Assembly (NCBI GenBank): GCA_963789825.1
Contig: CAWBME010000010.1
Location: 48,788-112,787 of the forward strand
DNA length: 64,000 nt
Direction of reading: 5' to 3'
Origin: an uncultured Chloroflexia bacterium
GTDB lineage: Bacteria > Chloroflexota > Anaerolineae > Anaerolineales > E44-bin32
The position numbers were made by a program, and so were the translations under genes. Below are positions 46,124 through 57,213 of the stretch, in pieces; position 1 is the first letter of the stretch, and the number at the start of each line of letters is the position of its first letter. A model generated the notes under the pieces. The model did not search any database. It had not been told where the DNA came from and was given only the letters and a program-made list of their open reading frames with translations.

Positions 46124-46835
46124 ACCGCCTCCTGGGACTCCCTGCCGGAGGCTGCCTTGCGGCCTGCCACGCAGGGGTTGTGCCTAAGGTTACCCCGGGA
46201 GGGCCCTCCATTTTCCGGCCCGACTTCTCGCAGTTGCCTCCAATCCCTCTCACACCGGCCGGGAGGCTCCGCACCTGGACGCCGATGGGCAATCCACCGG
46301 GGCCGCGGCCTGAGCCGTCAGCCGGGTCGCACCCTGACCGGTCCCCGGCATGGACTCCAGGGCCTCCTCCTGGGCGGTCGGTCCGGCGGCGACCCACCGC
46401 CCACCCCAGGTCCGGGCCGGGCATGACCCGGAGGACCAGGCAGACGGGGGCCACTCTCCCCGACAGGATGGAAGCGGTCCCGGTGCGATCCGGTGACCTC
46501 CGGGCCCTGGCCAGTTCGTCAGGGCCCTGCGGCTGGGCGGGATCGATCGCAAGCCCGGGGTGCGACGCCTGCACCTCCGCTCGCCGGGGCGCCCCTGCTC
46601 GGCGGCGAGGGAGCCTCAGCTCCACCTCTCCGGCCCGGGTTCCTGCCGGCTCGGCGAGCCGAGACCTCCTGCAACCGGGTCGACGTGCCTCGGCGGGCGG
46701 GGCCAGCGAGTCCTCGATCCTGCCCCAGATCGTGACCCGGCGCAGGGCAGCCTCCACTCGCGGCGGCCTCCAGGACCCACGCCGAATCTGGACACTCCCC
46801 CACAGCGCATGGTAAGATGCGGTCGGAGATCAAGC

Positions 46836-46961
46836 GTGGCCAAGAAGGCAACAGCGAACCGGAGCGGACGAGGGCGCCGAAGAATGCGGGTCCAGAGCCT
46901 GGTGTTCACCTTGCTGGGGCTGCTCGTCGTCGCCTCGTTCGTGCTCAGCCTGATCCAGTAA
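46836..46961 (+). CDS. 41-aa basic single-TM peptide
   Basis: GTG start after GGAG; AKKATANRSGRGRRR followed by a hydrophobic helix; TGGTAAGAT -10 upstream. Confidence 0.55.
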   Translation: MAKKATANRSGRGRRRMRVQSLVFTLLGLLVVASFVLSLIQ

Positions 46962-47078
46962 CAACCCTTCCCGGATTCCCTTTCTACCCCATCTCGCAAG
47001 GCTCGCGGCGTGCGCTTGGCGACCGGCATGGACGGCGCAGCCACGGGAGGACCCAAGTACTGGCGCGGAGGCGCAAGA

Positions 47079-47600
47079 ATGACCATCGAACGCAAGGGCA
47101 TCGTCACGTTCAAGGATCAGGCGCAGACTCTGGTCGGGCCGGACCTCAAGCTGGGCGACCTGGCGCCCGACTTCGCCGCCACCACCCTGGCGTGGAAGAC
47201 CAGTCACCCGTTGCAGGAGACCGCCGGCAAGGTGCGTATCCTGGCGGCGGTGCTCTCCTTGGAGACCTCGGTGTGCGATCGCGAAACCCGCCGCTTCAAC
47301 CAGGAGGCGTCGGCGCTCGGGCCGGAGGTGCACACCTTCGTGCTGAGCACCGATCTGCCGTTCACCCAAGAGCGCTGGTGCGGCGCAGCGGGGATCGAGC
47401 GGGTGACCACTCTCTCCGATCATGCGCTGGTGGACTTCGGCACCCAGTACGGCTGCCTTCTCAAGGAAGCTCGCATCTTGCGCCGGGCGGCGTTCGTCGT
47501 CGGCCGGGACAACCGGCTGGTCTACGCCGCCTACCTGCCAGCCCTCGGCGATGAACCGAACTATGCCGAAGTACTGGCCGCAGCGCGCCAGGCTCTATAG
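47079..47600 (+). CDS. tpx: Thiol peroxidase (Tpx-type peroxiredoxin)
   Basis: GDLAPDF, SLETSVCDRETRRFN, STDLPFTQERWC. Confidence 0.92.
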   Translation: MTIERKGIVTFKDQAQTLVGPDLKLGDLAPDFAATTLAWKTSHPLQETAGKVRILAAVLSLETSVCDRETRRFNQEASALGPEVHTFVLSTDLPFTQERWCGAAGIERVTTLSDHALVDFGTQYGCLLKEARILRRAAFVVGRDNRLVYAAYLPALGDEPNYAEVLAAARQAL

Positions 47601-47762
47601 CCCGCGCGGTGTAGATCTTGCATCCCATGGTACAGATATCCTGCGCGTTTGAAAGCCTGTCGTAAGGCGCGCGCCGGTCAAACTATGCTACTCTAGCAAC
47701 GCATCGAGAAAGCAACCCGGCGCATCTGACGCCAACCAAAAAACAGAAAGGTGGTGATTGCA

Positions 47763-47909
47763 ATGTTGTTCGCTCCGAAAGAGAAGGGCCAGGGTCTTGT
47801 CGAGTACGCGCTCATCCTTGTTCTGGTCGCAGTTGTCGTGATTGTCATCCTGGCGCTGCTCGGCCCGGCCATCGGCAACGTATTCAGCAACATCGTTTCC
47901 AACATCTAG
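47763..47909 (+). CDS. flp: Flp family type IVb pilin (missing from the ORF track)
   Basis: MLFAPKEKG|QGLVEYALILVLVAVVVIVILALLGPAIGNVFSNIVSNI; G|xxxxEY prepilin motif; GAAAGGTGGT SD. Confidence 0.93.
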   Translation: MLFAPKEKGQGLVEYALILVLVAVVVIVILALLGPAIGNVFSNIVSNI

Positions 47910-47953
47910 TCCACGTGTCCGTGCGGGAGGGCGGCCCGCCCTCCCTTAGCAGC

Positions 47954-47982
47954 AAGCCCCGCGTAAGCGGGGCTTCTTCTTT
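47954..47982 (+). terminator. Intrinsic terminator after flp
   Basis: AAGCCCCGC-GTAA-GCGGGGCTT-CTTCTTT. Confidence 0.75.
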
Positions 47983-48029
47983 GGTTCTGGTTCCCGGTTC
48001 GGATTCCCGGGGCGTCGGCGAGCCTGACC

Positions 48030-51000
48030 TCAGCGAGGGAAGCGCGAGAGCACCGTCGCCGCGGTGGGCACCGGCGCGCGCTGGCCGAGGCGCAGCGATG
48101 CGGGCGCCACCTCCGGCTCGCGAGCTGCGCTCTGGAAGATCCCGATCGAAGTGCTCTCAACGGTCGACTTGAGTTGGAGATAGGCCTGTCCGGTCAGGTA
48201 TCCCTGGGCATCGACGGCGCAGGAGGTCACCACACCGATCACCTTGCCGCGGCGATCGACGACGGGGTCGTGCAGGTGGGCCATGCGCACGCCCTTCTCG
48301 TCGAAGCGGAAGCGAACCACCTCGCCCGTGCGCTGGGCCTCCTGCTCCAGGTAGGCGCTGCGCCCGATGAACCACGGCTTGTGGAGCTTGACATACGAGG
48401 CGAAGCCCGCCTGACCGACTCCCAGGTCCAGCTCGCCACCCATCTCATGCCCATACAGCGGCAGCCCGGCTTCGGTGCGCAGGGAGTTGCGCGCCCCCAG
48501 GCCGATCGGCTTCATCCCGAGCGGCGTGCCAACGGCGATCAGCTGCTGCCAAAGCTCCGCCGCACGATCGGGGTGCACGAAGAGCTCGAAGGCCACCCGC
48601 TCGCCGGTGTAGCCGGTTCGGCTGACGATCAGGTCGAACTCGCCGAACACACCCTGCATCACCCCCGCCCAGGGGAGCGCCTTCATGCGGGCGGCGTCGG
48701 CCGGGCTGCAGCCCAGCGCCAGCACGATCTCGCGGCTGCGCGGGCCTTGCAGGGCGATGTCGACGCGCATGGCGCCGCCTTGCTGGGGATCGCGGAAGTC
48801 GCGCAGTTCGCAGCCGGTGCCGAAGGCGCGTGCCGCCTGCCGCACGTCATCCACGCGCACGCTCCCGGCTCGGACCGCGTTCAGCCAGGCCCAATCCTTC
48901 TCGTCATTGGCGGCGTTGACCACGACCAGATACGCCTGTTGGTCGATGCGGTAGACCATCGTGTCATCGATGACATGCGCCGCCGGGTCGAGGAACTGGG
49001 TGTACAGCGACTCGCCCACCGCCAGCCCGGCGACGTCATTGCCCACGACACTGTCCAGGAAGGCGCAGGCCTGGGGCCCATCGGCCTGATAGACGCCCAT
49101 GTGGCTGACGTCGAATAGGCCAGCTGCATTGCGCGTCGCCAGGTGTTCTTCGACGACCGAGGAGTACCACACCGGCATTTCCCAACCGGCGAAATCGACC
49201 AGCTTGGCGCCCAGCGCCTTGTGCGCAGCATGCAGCGCGGTCTTGCGTACCGGTCCAGCTTCTGGCGCCGTCCAGCTGAAGGCCGGCAGTGGCTTGTCCG
49301 CGCTCGGGGCCAGCACCGACAAACCACGGCTTGTGCGCGCCGTCCTGGCGGGCGGCGCTCTTCGGCGGCCGCTCTGCGCCCTCGGCCACCTCGACCGCCA
49401 GCGGGCCGGGAATGCGCCGCTGAGCATCGACCGGATCGATCAACACGAATCCGTCGGAGATGGCGCGCAGCCAGGCCAGCACGCGCGGCGCCTCGGCCGC
49501 CTCCAGGCTGAGCAGCCAGTGATCCTTGCCGCGCCGCAGGGCGACGGGCACCGCCTTGCCCGCCGCGTGCAGGTCGGCGTGAACCCAGGTTCCTTCGGGC
49601 AGTCCATCGACCTCGGCCGTGGTCGTCCAGCGCACGACAGCCTCGGCCGACTCCCCGCGCAACTTCAGCGCCACGGGTCCCGACCCTGGCACCGGGTCAT
49701 CGAGGTAATAGAAGTGCGGATACCCGTGGCGGGTGGTCTCGACGTCGATCCCATGCGCCATGGCCATATCGCGCACGCGCATGCGCGCTTGCTCCAGCAG
49801 GTCGAACTCGATCCGAGCGCGCAGGCCTGTGCCGCGCCGGGTTCGCTGCTTGTAGGGCTTGCAGCCGTGCAGGATCTCGGCGATCAGGTCCGCCAGGCTT
49901 TCGGTCTCCCGCTCGGTGAACCCGCGCTGGGTGATCCAGGGGGTCCCCAGGCGGATTCCGCTCGGATTGGCGGCGGAGGTGTCGCCGGGGATCGTGTTGC
50001 GATTGACGACGATGCCGGTCAGATCGAGAATGCGAGCCGCCATGTCGCCCGACAGCGGCGCGCCATCCGCGGCGCGCACCGAACGGCAGTCGACATTCGT
50101 CAGGTGGGTGTTGGTGCCGCCAAAGGGAATGCGGAACCCGGCACGCTGCAGTGCGCCGGTGAGCGCCACGCAGTTGGCGACGATCTGGTGCTGCAGCGCG
50201 CGGAAGGCGTCGCTGCGGGCCAGCTTGAAGGCCACCGCCTGGGCGGCGATGGTGTTGATGTGTGGGCCGCCCTGTTCGCCCGGGAACACCGCCCGATCGA
50301 TCTGCCGGCCGAGGTCCTTGCGGTGGGTGACAATGGCCGCGCCCCGCGGGCCGCACAGCGACTTGTGGGTGGTGAAGGTGACCACATCGGCAATGCCGAT
50401 CGGTGAGGGGCATGCCCCGGCGACCACCAGCCCGGCCACGTGGGCGATATCGGCCATCAGGTACGCGCCGACCGCATCGGCGATCTTGCGGAAGCGCAGC
50501 CAGTCTACCGTCCAGGGGTAGGACGAGTAGCCGGCGATCAGGATCTTGGGTTTGGCTTCCTTGGCCAGCGCCTCGACCGCGTCGTAATCGATCTGCTCCG
50601 TGGTCGGATCGACGGAATACGCCACGGCGTGATACAGCTTGCCCGAGCGGCTGGCAGGCGAGCCGTGCGTAAGGTGGCCGCCGTGCAGCAGGTTCATTCC
50701 CATCAATGTGTCGCCGGGCTGCAGCAGAGCGTGGAACACGGCGTTGTTGGCCGGCGCACCGGAGAGCGCCTGCAGATTGACGTACAGACCGTCCGCCGTC
50801 ACCCCATTGGTGGCGAAGGCCTCGGCGCAGCGCCGGCGCGCCAGCGCCTCGACCGTGTCGGCATACTCGACGCCCTTGTAGTAGCGCGGGTCGGAGTTGC
50901 GGCGATACTCCCCCAGACGCAGCGCGTAGTCCAGCAGCTGCGCTTCGGACATGCGGCGCGTGGCTTCGTCCGGATAGCCCTCGGCATAGATGTTCTGGAA

Positions 51001-51156
51001 CGGCGAGGCCAGCGCCTGACGAACGGCGAGGGGCGCCGTGCTCTCCGACGGGATCAGGATCAGCCGCCGGAATTGGCGCTCCCCCTCCAGATCGCTGAGT
51101 TGCTGAACATCGGGATCGACCTCGGCCAGATCGCCGCGAAACAGGAAGTCGGACAT
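48030..51156 (-). CDS. glyA-gcvT: Serine hydroxymethyltransferase fused to glycine cleavage T protein (frameshift near 49310)
   Basis: SHMT motifs YAEGYP, HGGHLTHG and TTHKSLCGPRG, then a linker and GcvT motifs LVDFAGWEMP, FDVSHMG, SRTGYTGE and EAGLPLYGHE. Confidence 0.88.
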
Positions 51157-51398
51157 GAGGGGACTCCGTCGCACGGGTGTGCGCCATGGCGCCCGGGGCT
51201 CGCAGGCTCGCGGGCGGTCGGTTGTCAGACAAGATGATTCTACGACTCTGGCTGGCAGCCGGTCAAGCCGCGGCAGCCAGGACATGCCGTTCGACCCGCT
51301 CCGGCGTGCACTCTCTCCGGACGGCGGAGAACCACTTGTCTGGTCAGGCAGAGCGGGGCCGGGCAAGCACAACGGGGCGCCGCCAACGGCGCCCCACA

Positions 51399-51473
51399 TG
51401 GGCGGAACAGGACTTCGAACCTGCGACCCCTTCTGTGTAAGAGAAGTGCTCTAACCAGCTGAGCTATCCGCCC
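51399..51473 (-). tRNA. tRNA-Val(TAC), CCA not encoded
   Basis: GGGCGGA/TCCGCCC acceptor stem, CTTCT-CTTACAC-AGAAG anticodon arm; promoter TTGACC-17-TATAAT at 51482-51510; hairpin at 51374-95 downstream. Confidence 0.93.
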
Positions 51474-51595
51474 GCACCGGCATTATAGCCAGGCGCCTGG
51501 GGACGGTCAACGCGCTGGCCAGCCTGGCACGCTCCCCCGTTTTGCGCTGCCGCATGCGTGTGCTATAGTCGGCCACCGTACGGCGGACCGGCGCG

Positions 51596-52438
51596 ATGGC
51601 CACGTTTCAGGAGCGCATCCGGGGAGTTCGCAGTGGGCTGTCCCCCAGCTACACCCGGCTGGCGGACTTCCTGCTGGACTCGTACGTCGAGGCCGTCTTC
51701 CTCACCGCCACCGAGCTGGCCCACACCCTCGACATCGATCCGGCCACGGTGGTGCGCTTCGCGCAGAAGATCGGCTATCCCGGATACCCCGAGCTGCAGC
51801 GCGAGATCCGACAGCGGGTGACGGACGAGTGGTTGCGCGCGCCGCCGCTGGAGGCCGCCGAGGCGGACTCTCCCGGCCAGGCAGCCCTGGCCGAGCTGGC
51901 GCACGCACTCGACCTGACGCGGCGCAGCTTCCCTCTGCGGCAAGTCGAGCAGCTGATCGAAGCGCTCGACCAATCTGAACGGGTGCTGCTGCTCGCCGAC
52001 GGGCCGGCGCGCTACTGCGCCTTCGCCCTGGCGGCGCGCCTGGAGGCCAGCGGGTACGCGGTGCGGGTCGCCGACGGCTCGGTCGCCGAGCTGGCCGGAG
52101 CCGTCGCCTCCGGCAGGCGCAAGGAGCTGGCCCTGGCCCTGGAGGCCACAGCGGATACGCCCTACATCGAGCGTGCCCTGCAGCAGGCCAAGCGGCGCGG
52201 GATGCGCACCGCCGCCCTGGTTGCCGCTCCCTCCTGCCCGGCGGCGCGCCCGGCTGACATCGTGCTCTCGGCTCACGCCAGCCCGGCGGTGGATATCCGG
52301 CAAGCGTCGCTGGAGGCGTTGGTGTTCGCCGTATTGCGTGCGCTCAAGGCCGCCCGTCCCGGGCGGTACGACGCCGCCCCCGAACGGGTTGCCCAACTGA
52401 TCCAGCAGCTGGCGGGCGAACCTCTCGGACGGGCCTAG
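51596..52438 (+). CDS. MurR/RpiR family regulator
   Basis: LSPSYTRLADFL...ATVVRFAQKIGYPGYPELQ plus a SIS-like domain. Confidence 0.9.
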   Translation: MATFQERIRGVRSGLSPSYTRLADFLLDSYVEAVFLTATELAHTLDIDPATVVRFAQKIGYPGYPELQREIRQRVTDEWLRAPPLEAAEADSPGQAALAELAHALDLTRRSFPLRQVEQLIEALDQSERVLLLADGPARYCAFALAARLEASGYAVRVADGSVAELAGAVASGRRKELALALEATADTPYIERALQQAKRRGMRTAALVAAPSCPAARPADIVLSAHASPAVDIRQASLEALVFAVLRALKAARPGRYDAAPERVAQLIQQLAGEPLGRA

Positions 52439-52448
52439 CCCCCGCAGC

Positions 52449-53147
52449 ATGTCCTGGGCTCTGGCGTTGATCGCCGTGCTCCTGGTCGCCCTGGCGATCT
52501 GGGAGCTGGTCCTGTGCGAAGGCGCCCACCTCGGCCCGCGCGTGGTCATCCCGCTCTACGATCTCACGGCGCAGCGCTATGACTCGATCAAGCACTTCGA
52601 CTGGGAGTGGGAGGGCCGCTTCCTGGGCGAGCCGCTGCAGGCGATCACCGGCGAACTGCTCGATCCGCTGATCCTCGACGTCGGGGCCGGAACGGGACGC
52701 ACGGCGCGCGCCCTCGCCCACGGCCTGGGATTCTCCGGCCAGATGATCTGCCTCGAGCCAAGCCGGCGGATGCTGGCGCTCGGCCAGCGCTCCGCTCCGT
52801 ATCCCTGGACGAGTTGGCTGCGCGGCCTCGCCGCCCCACTTCCGTTCGCGGCAGATGCTTTCGACGTCGTGGTGATGCTTGAGCTGCTGGAGTTCACGCC
52901 CTCGGCCAGCGAGAGCCTGCAGGAGCTGCAGCGCGTCCTGCGTCCCGGAAGCTGGATGCTGATCAGCAATCGCGTCGGCCGGCATGGGCGGTGGATCCGG
53001 GGCCGCATGCGTTCGCCGCAGGCTTTTTCCCGGCTGCTCGGGGAGCTGGGTTGGTTGGACGTCGAGACCTATCCCTGGCAGGTCGAGTATGATCTGGTCT
53101 GGGCGCGCAAGCCGTGGCGGGATGAAGCGCGCGCCGGAGGAAGCTGA
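52449..53147 (+). CDS. Class I SAM-dependent methyltransferase with an N-terminal TM
   Basis: ILDVGAGTGR, LPF, RVLRPG. Confidence 0.85.
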   Translation: MSWALALIAVLLVALAIWELVLCEGAHLGPRVVIPLYDLTAQRYDSIKHFDWEWEGRFLGEPLQAITGELLDPLILDVGAGTGRTARALAHGLGFSGQMICLEPSRRMLALGQRSAPYPWTSWLRGLAAPLPFAADAFDVVVMLELLEFTPSASESLQELQRVLRPGSWMLISNRVGRHGRWIRGRMRSPQAFSRLLGELGWLDVETYPWQVEYDLVWARKPWRDEARAGGS

Positions 53148-53942
53148 GTGCGAATCGTGCGTTGGCAGCCCGATGAGGGCCAAGCGCCTGCCTGGGGATG
53201 GGTCGACGGCGACCGCATCGGCCGGCTGGAGGGTTCGCCTTTCGGTGAGTACCGCCGTAAGGCAGGCAGCCTGCCGTTGGAGCGGGCTCGCTTGCTGGCC
53301 CCGCTGCGGCCGGGCAAGATCATCTGTGTCGGGCGCAACTATCCGCTGCACGCCGCCGAGCATGACACCGAGGTCCCGACCTGGCCGCTGCTGTTCTTCA
53401 AGCCCCCCACTGCCGTGATCGGCCCCGGGGAGGCCATCCGCCTGCCGCCGCAGTCGCGCCAGGTCGAACATGAGGGCGAGCTGGCGGTGGTGATCGGCGA
53501 GGCCGGCCGCTGGATCGCGCCGCAGCAAGCCTCACGCCACATCCTGGGATACTGCGCCGCCAACGACGTCACCGCGCGTGACCTGCAGCAGCGCGACGGA
53601 CAGTGGACACGCAGCAAGGGCTTCGATACTTTCTGCCCCCTCGGTCCGTGGATCGAAACCGAGCTCGACCCGGCGGATACGCTGATCACCTGCTCGGTCA
53701 ACGGGCAGATGCGCCAGATGGGTTCGACGCGCGACATGGTGTTCTCGATCCCTCAGCTGCTGGCCTTCATCTCTTCGGTCATGACCCTCGAGGCAGGGGA
53801 TCTGATCCTGACCGGGACACCCGCCGGCGTCGGTGGGCTCCAGCCGGGCGACGAGGTGGTGGTCGAGATCGAGGGCATCGGGCGGCTGGTCAACCCCGTG
53901 CTCCCTGACGAGCACGGCGGCCAGGCCGCTGACCGGACCTAG
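53148..53942 (+). CDS. Fumarylacetoacetate hydrolase family protein
   Basis: [38 protein letters not shown]. Confidence 0.93.
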   Translation: MRIVRWQPDEGQAPAWGWVDGDRIGRLEGSPFGEYRRKAGSLPLERARLLAPLRPGKIICVGRNYPLHAAEHDTEVPTWPLLFFKPPTAVIGPGEAIRLPPQSRQVEHEGELAVVIGEAGRWIAPQQASRHILGYCAANDVTARDLQQRDGQWTRSKGFDTFCPLGPWIETELDPADTLITCSVNGQMRQMGSTRDMVFSIPQLLAFISSVMTLEAGDLILTGTPAGVGGLQPGDEVVVEIEGIGRLVNPVLPDEHGGQAADRT

Positions 53943-54091
53943 GCCGCGGGGCCTGCACAACGAAGGCGGGCGCCCACGCTGGCGAGGGACCGCACGCCAG
54001 CTCGATGACCGACGGAGCACGCCGCGGCGAACAGGCGCTCCCAACACCAAATCCGCCCCGGGCGCATGGGGGCAATCCACGAGGCTGTTGC

Positions 54092-54646
54092 ATGGGACTC
54101 AAGCCCGACCACTGGATCCGCAGGATGGTTGCCGAGACACGCATGATCGAACCGTTCGTCGATGGCCAGGTTCGAGAGGGAGTGATCTCGTACGGCCTCT
54201 CGTCCTACGGCTATGACATCCGCGTCGCCGGCGAGTTCAAGATCTTCACCAACATCTATTCTGCCGTTGTCGACCCCAAGCACTTCGACCCGCGCTCGAT
54301 GATCGATTTCGAGGGCGAGGTGTGCGTGATCCCGCCCAACTCCTTCGCGCTGGCGCGGACGGTGGAGTACTTCCGCATCCCTCGCGATGTGCTGACGGTG
54401 TGCCTCGGCAAATCGACCTACGCCCGCTGCGGCATCATCGTCAACGTCACGCCCTTCGAGCCCGAGTGGGAAGGCTTCGTCACGCTCGAGATCTCGAACA
54501 CCACCCCGCTTCCGGCGCGGATCTACGCCCACGAGGGCATCGCTCAGGTGCTGTTCTTCCAGGCCGACGAGGTGTGCGAGGTCTCGTACGCCGACAAGAA
54601 GGGCAAGTACCAGCGCCAGCAGACGATCGCCCTGCCCCGGCTTTGA
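54092..54646 (+). CDS. dcd: dCTP deaminase
   Basis: [28 protein letters not shown]. Confidence 0.95.
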   Translation: MGLKPDHWIRRMVAETRMIEPFVDGQVREGVISYGLSSYGYDIRVAGEFKIFTNIYSAVVDPKHFDPRSMIDFEGEVCVIPPNSFALARTVEYFRIPRDVLTVCLGKSTYARCGIIVNVTPFEPEWEGFVTLEISNTTPLPARIYAHEGIAQVLFFQADEVCEVSYADKKGKYQRQQTIALPRL

Positions 54647-54709
54647 CCCCGGCGTCTGCCCGCCCTCCGTCACGCCCCGCGCCCGCCGGGCAGCGGGTCA
54701 GGACCATCG

Positions 54710-55657
54710 ATGGCGGCTGACCCGACCGGGCAGGCCGGCCGCCGGCGCAGATCCATCCTGTTGATCTCCCAGGATGTGTTCTTCCTGCCCAGGCTGCAGG
54801 ATGCCGCAGCCGCGCTGAACTTCAACCTGGTCGTGTTGCAGGGGATCGAGCCGGCCGTTGAGGCCGGGGCTCCGGCTGACGACGAGCGCATGTTGACCGA
54901 ACCGCTGAGCGGCCCGGACGCCTGGATGGTGCGGCAGGTTGCCGAGCTGCAGCCCAGCCTGATCCTGCTCGACCTGGGGGACCCGGCCCTGCCGGCGATG
55001 CGCTGGCTGCAGCGGCTGAAGACCTCGGCCGCAACCCGCCGCCTGCCGGTCGTCGCCTTCGGCCCGCACGTCGAGAAGGAACACCTGATCCAAGCGCGGC
55101 AGCATGGGGCGGAACTCGTCGTGGCCCGCAGTCGCCTGCAGAGTGGGCTGGCCGAGATCCTGCAGACCTACGCGCTGCCGGACCTGACCGAGGCACTGCG
55201 CGCGGGCTGTGAGCGACCGCTGAGCGAGCGTGCGGCAGAAGGCCTTGCCCTGATGTCCCGAGGCGAGTACTTCGAGGCGCATGAAGTCCTGGAGCGGGCC
55301 TGGCTGGAGTCGGATGCACCCCAGCGATCGCTGTACCGCGCCCTGGTCCAGACCTGCGTGATCTACCTGCACCTTGAGCGAGGCAATCGGCCTGGCGCAG
55401 CCAAGCTTCTGCTGCGCATCCATCAGTGGCTGGATCCGCTGCCCGATCGCTGCTCCGGATTGGATGTAGCCGCCTGGAAAGCCAACCTGCAGGCACTGCG
55501 CCGGGCGATGGACGATCCCGGCAGGCATCCTCACCGATCGATCCCGCTCTTCCGCCCGATCCCGAACCGAGGCGTAAGCGCCCGCGCACTGGGGGCCCCT
55601 ATCGTCGCCCGATCTCCTCGGGCATCCACCCGATCGTCCTTCCCTGGAGCTTGCTGA
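54710..55657 (+). CDS. Receiver-like domain fused to DUF309 (3' end uncertain)
   Basis: N-terminal LILLDL...PVVAFGPHV; C-terminal GEYFEAHEVLERAW. Confidence 0.75.
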   Translation: MAADPTGQAGRRRRSILLISQDVFFLPRLQDAAAALNFNLVVLQGIEPAVEAGAPADDERMLTEPLSGPDAWMVRQVAELQPSLILLDLGDPALPAMRWLQRLKTSAATRRLPVVAFGPHVEKEHLIQARQHGAELVVARSRLQSGLAEILQTYALPDLTEALRAGCERPLSERAAEGLALMSRGEYFEAHEVLERAWLESDAPQRSLYRALVQTCVIYLHLERGNRPGAAKLLLRIHQWLDPLPDRCSGLDVAAWKANLQALRRAMDDPGRHPHRSIPLFRPIPNRGVSARALGAPIVARSPRASTRSSFPGAC

Positions 55658-55882
55658 AGAACGCGTTCGACCTCACCCCGACCCCCTCTCCGCGGATGGC
55701 GCACGGGTAACCCATGAACCGTGGCGGAGAGGGGGAACAGATCTGGGGGGTGGGGAAGCTGCTCCCCCCACCCCCAGGAATCCGCGCCTTCGCGGGACTT
55801 GTCTGCCTCGCGGAAGTCGGCTGATGCAGGGGAGCGGCTAGGGGAGAGGTTCGGACGATCACACGGAGTCTTCTGCAGCCTG
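55647..55882. mobile_element. MITE-like element, copy 1
   Basis: Homologous to 58792-59034; ends GAGCTTGCTGAAG ... TTCTGCAGCCTG followed by CTAG; internal CCCCCTCTCC/GGAGAGGGGG palindrome. Confidence 0.7.
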
Positions 55883-55929
55883 CTAGAGCAGGTCGATCGA
55901 CCAGGGCGCATGCAGGCGTCGGACGCGCC

Positions 55930-57057
55930 CTACTCGATCAGGCAGCGGCCCTGGCGCAGGATGCATTCGCCGTCCACCACGATCTCTCCCGCCTGGCGCA
56001 GGTCGCAGATCATGTCCCAATGCAATCCGCTCTTGTTCTGTGAGCCGGTTTCCGGATAGCCGCTGCCCAGGGCAAGATGGAACGACCCACCGATCTTCTC
56101 GTCGAACAGCACCTCGCCCATGAAGCGGTCGATCCGGTCGTTCAGCCCGATCGCCCACTCTCCGACATAGCGCGCACCGGGATCGGTCTCCAGCATCTGC
56201 TCGAGGTAGGCTTGATCGCGCTCGGCGCGCGCCTCGACGACACGGCCGCGCTCGAAGCGCAGCTCGACCCCCTCCACTCGGCGATTCACATACACCGCAG
56301 GAAAGCTGAACCGAACCCTGCCCTCCATCGAGTCCTCGACCGGCCCGGTGAACACCTCGCCGGCGGGCATGTTCCGATGACCGTCGTCGTTGATGAACGT
56401 GCGCCCGGCGATCGAGAAGCGCAGATCGACATCCGGTCCCTTGACTTCGACGTGCGACCGCCCGGCGAGCCAGTCGACCAACCGCTGCTGGCGGGCGGAG
56501 ACCTCCCGCCAGCGCGCTGAGGGATCGTCGACGTCGGAGAAACTCGCCGAGAGCACAAAGTCCTCCAGCGCGGTCAGGCTCATCTCCGCTTCCTGAGCGT
56601 GGGCAGGCGTCGGGTAGAGGGTAACCACCCAGCGCAGGTCTCCAGTCGCACTCCGGCGCAGGAAGGTCTCGTTCAGCGGGGCGCTGGCGGCCGTCCGCCG
56701 CCGACGGCGATCGGGATCAACGCCGCTCAAGGCGCGCGTGTTGGAACCGCCCCGCACGACGATCAGGCCCTGAAACTGGCCCCGCACCAACTCCTCGGTC
56801 CGGAACATGTGATCGAGCTGATCGTTGCTGGCCTGCTCGAAGAAGATTTCGCTCAGGCCCTCCATCCCGACATAGGCCTCCAGCCCCATGAAGACGTAGG
56901 GGTAGGCGCCTGCCTTCAGCAGCTCTCGGTAGACCTCGCGGATCAGCGGCGCGGCCGCGGGCGGGCCGTAGATGGCGATCTCTTGCTTCGGCTGGGCTTC
57001 AATCGAGTAGGTGACCAGCGTGTCGGCGAGTCGGGTCAGGCGCGGGTCGGTGGACAT
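55930..57057 (-). CDS. M29 family aminopeptidase (AmpS/PepS-like)
   Basis: NMPAGEVFT, GEWAIG, LFDEKIGGSFHLALG, SGLHWDMI. Confidence 0.93.
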   Translation of the reverse strand: MSTDPRLTRLADTLVTYSIEAQPKQEIAIYGPPAAAPLIREVYRELLKAGAYPYVFMGLEAYVGMEGLSEIFFEQASNDQLDHMFRTEELVRGQFQGLIVVRGGSNTRALSGVDPDRRRRRTAASAPLNETFLRRSATGDLRWVVTLYPTPAHAQEAEMSLTALEDFVLSASFSDVDDPSARWREVSARQQRLVDWLAGRSHVEVKGPDVDLRFSIAGRTFINDDGHRNMPAGEVFTGPVEDSMEGRVRFSFPAVYVNRRVEGVELRFERGRVVEARAERDQAYLEQMLETDPGARYVGEWAIGLNDRIDRFMGEVLFDEKIGGSFHLALGSGYPETGSQNKSGLHWDMICDLRQAGEIVVDGECILRQGRCLIE

Positions 57058-57213
57058 GCGGCCTCCTTGGGCAGCGGGGACGCCCGCATGCAGCGTGGCT
57101 CGGCTGAAACGGCAACCCCCAGGGGCTGGCGTGGGAGACGGTAGTCGGCAGACCGGTCGGGTGTAGGGATCAACGACCGCCGCGCCCGGCGGTCGGCGCG
57201 CCTCGCGTGCTGG

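Noticed and set aside
46180-46800. ORF or pseudogene between the DUF4153-like gene and the small peptide
   Set aside because: No frame gives a recognisable protein, so it is left unannotated
47693-47905. Minus-strand 70-aa ORF in the track
   Set aside because: Antisense shadow of the plus-strand Flp pilin
51410-51422. 8-nt T-loop (TTCGAAGT) in tRNA-Val
   Set aside because: Most likely a one-base insertion error given the indel rate in this assembly
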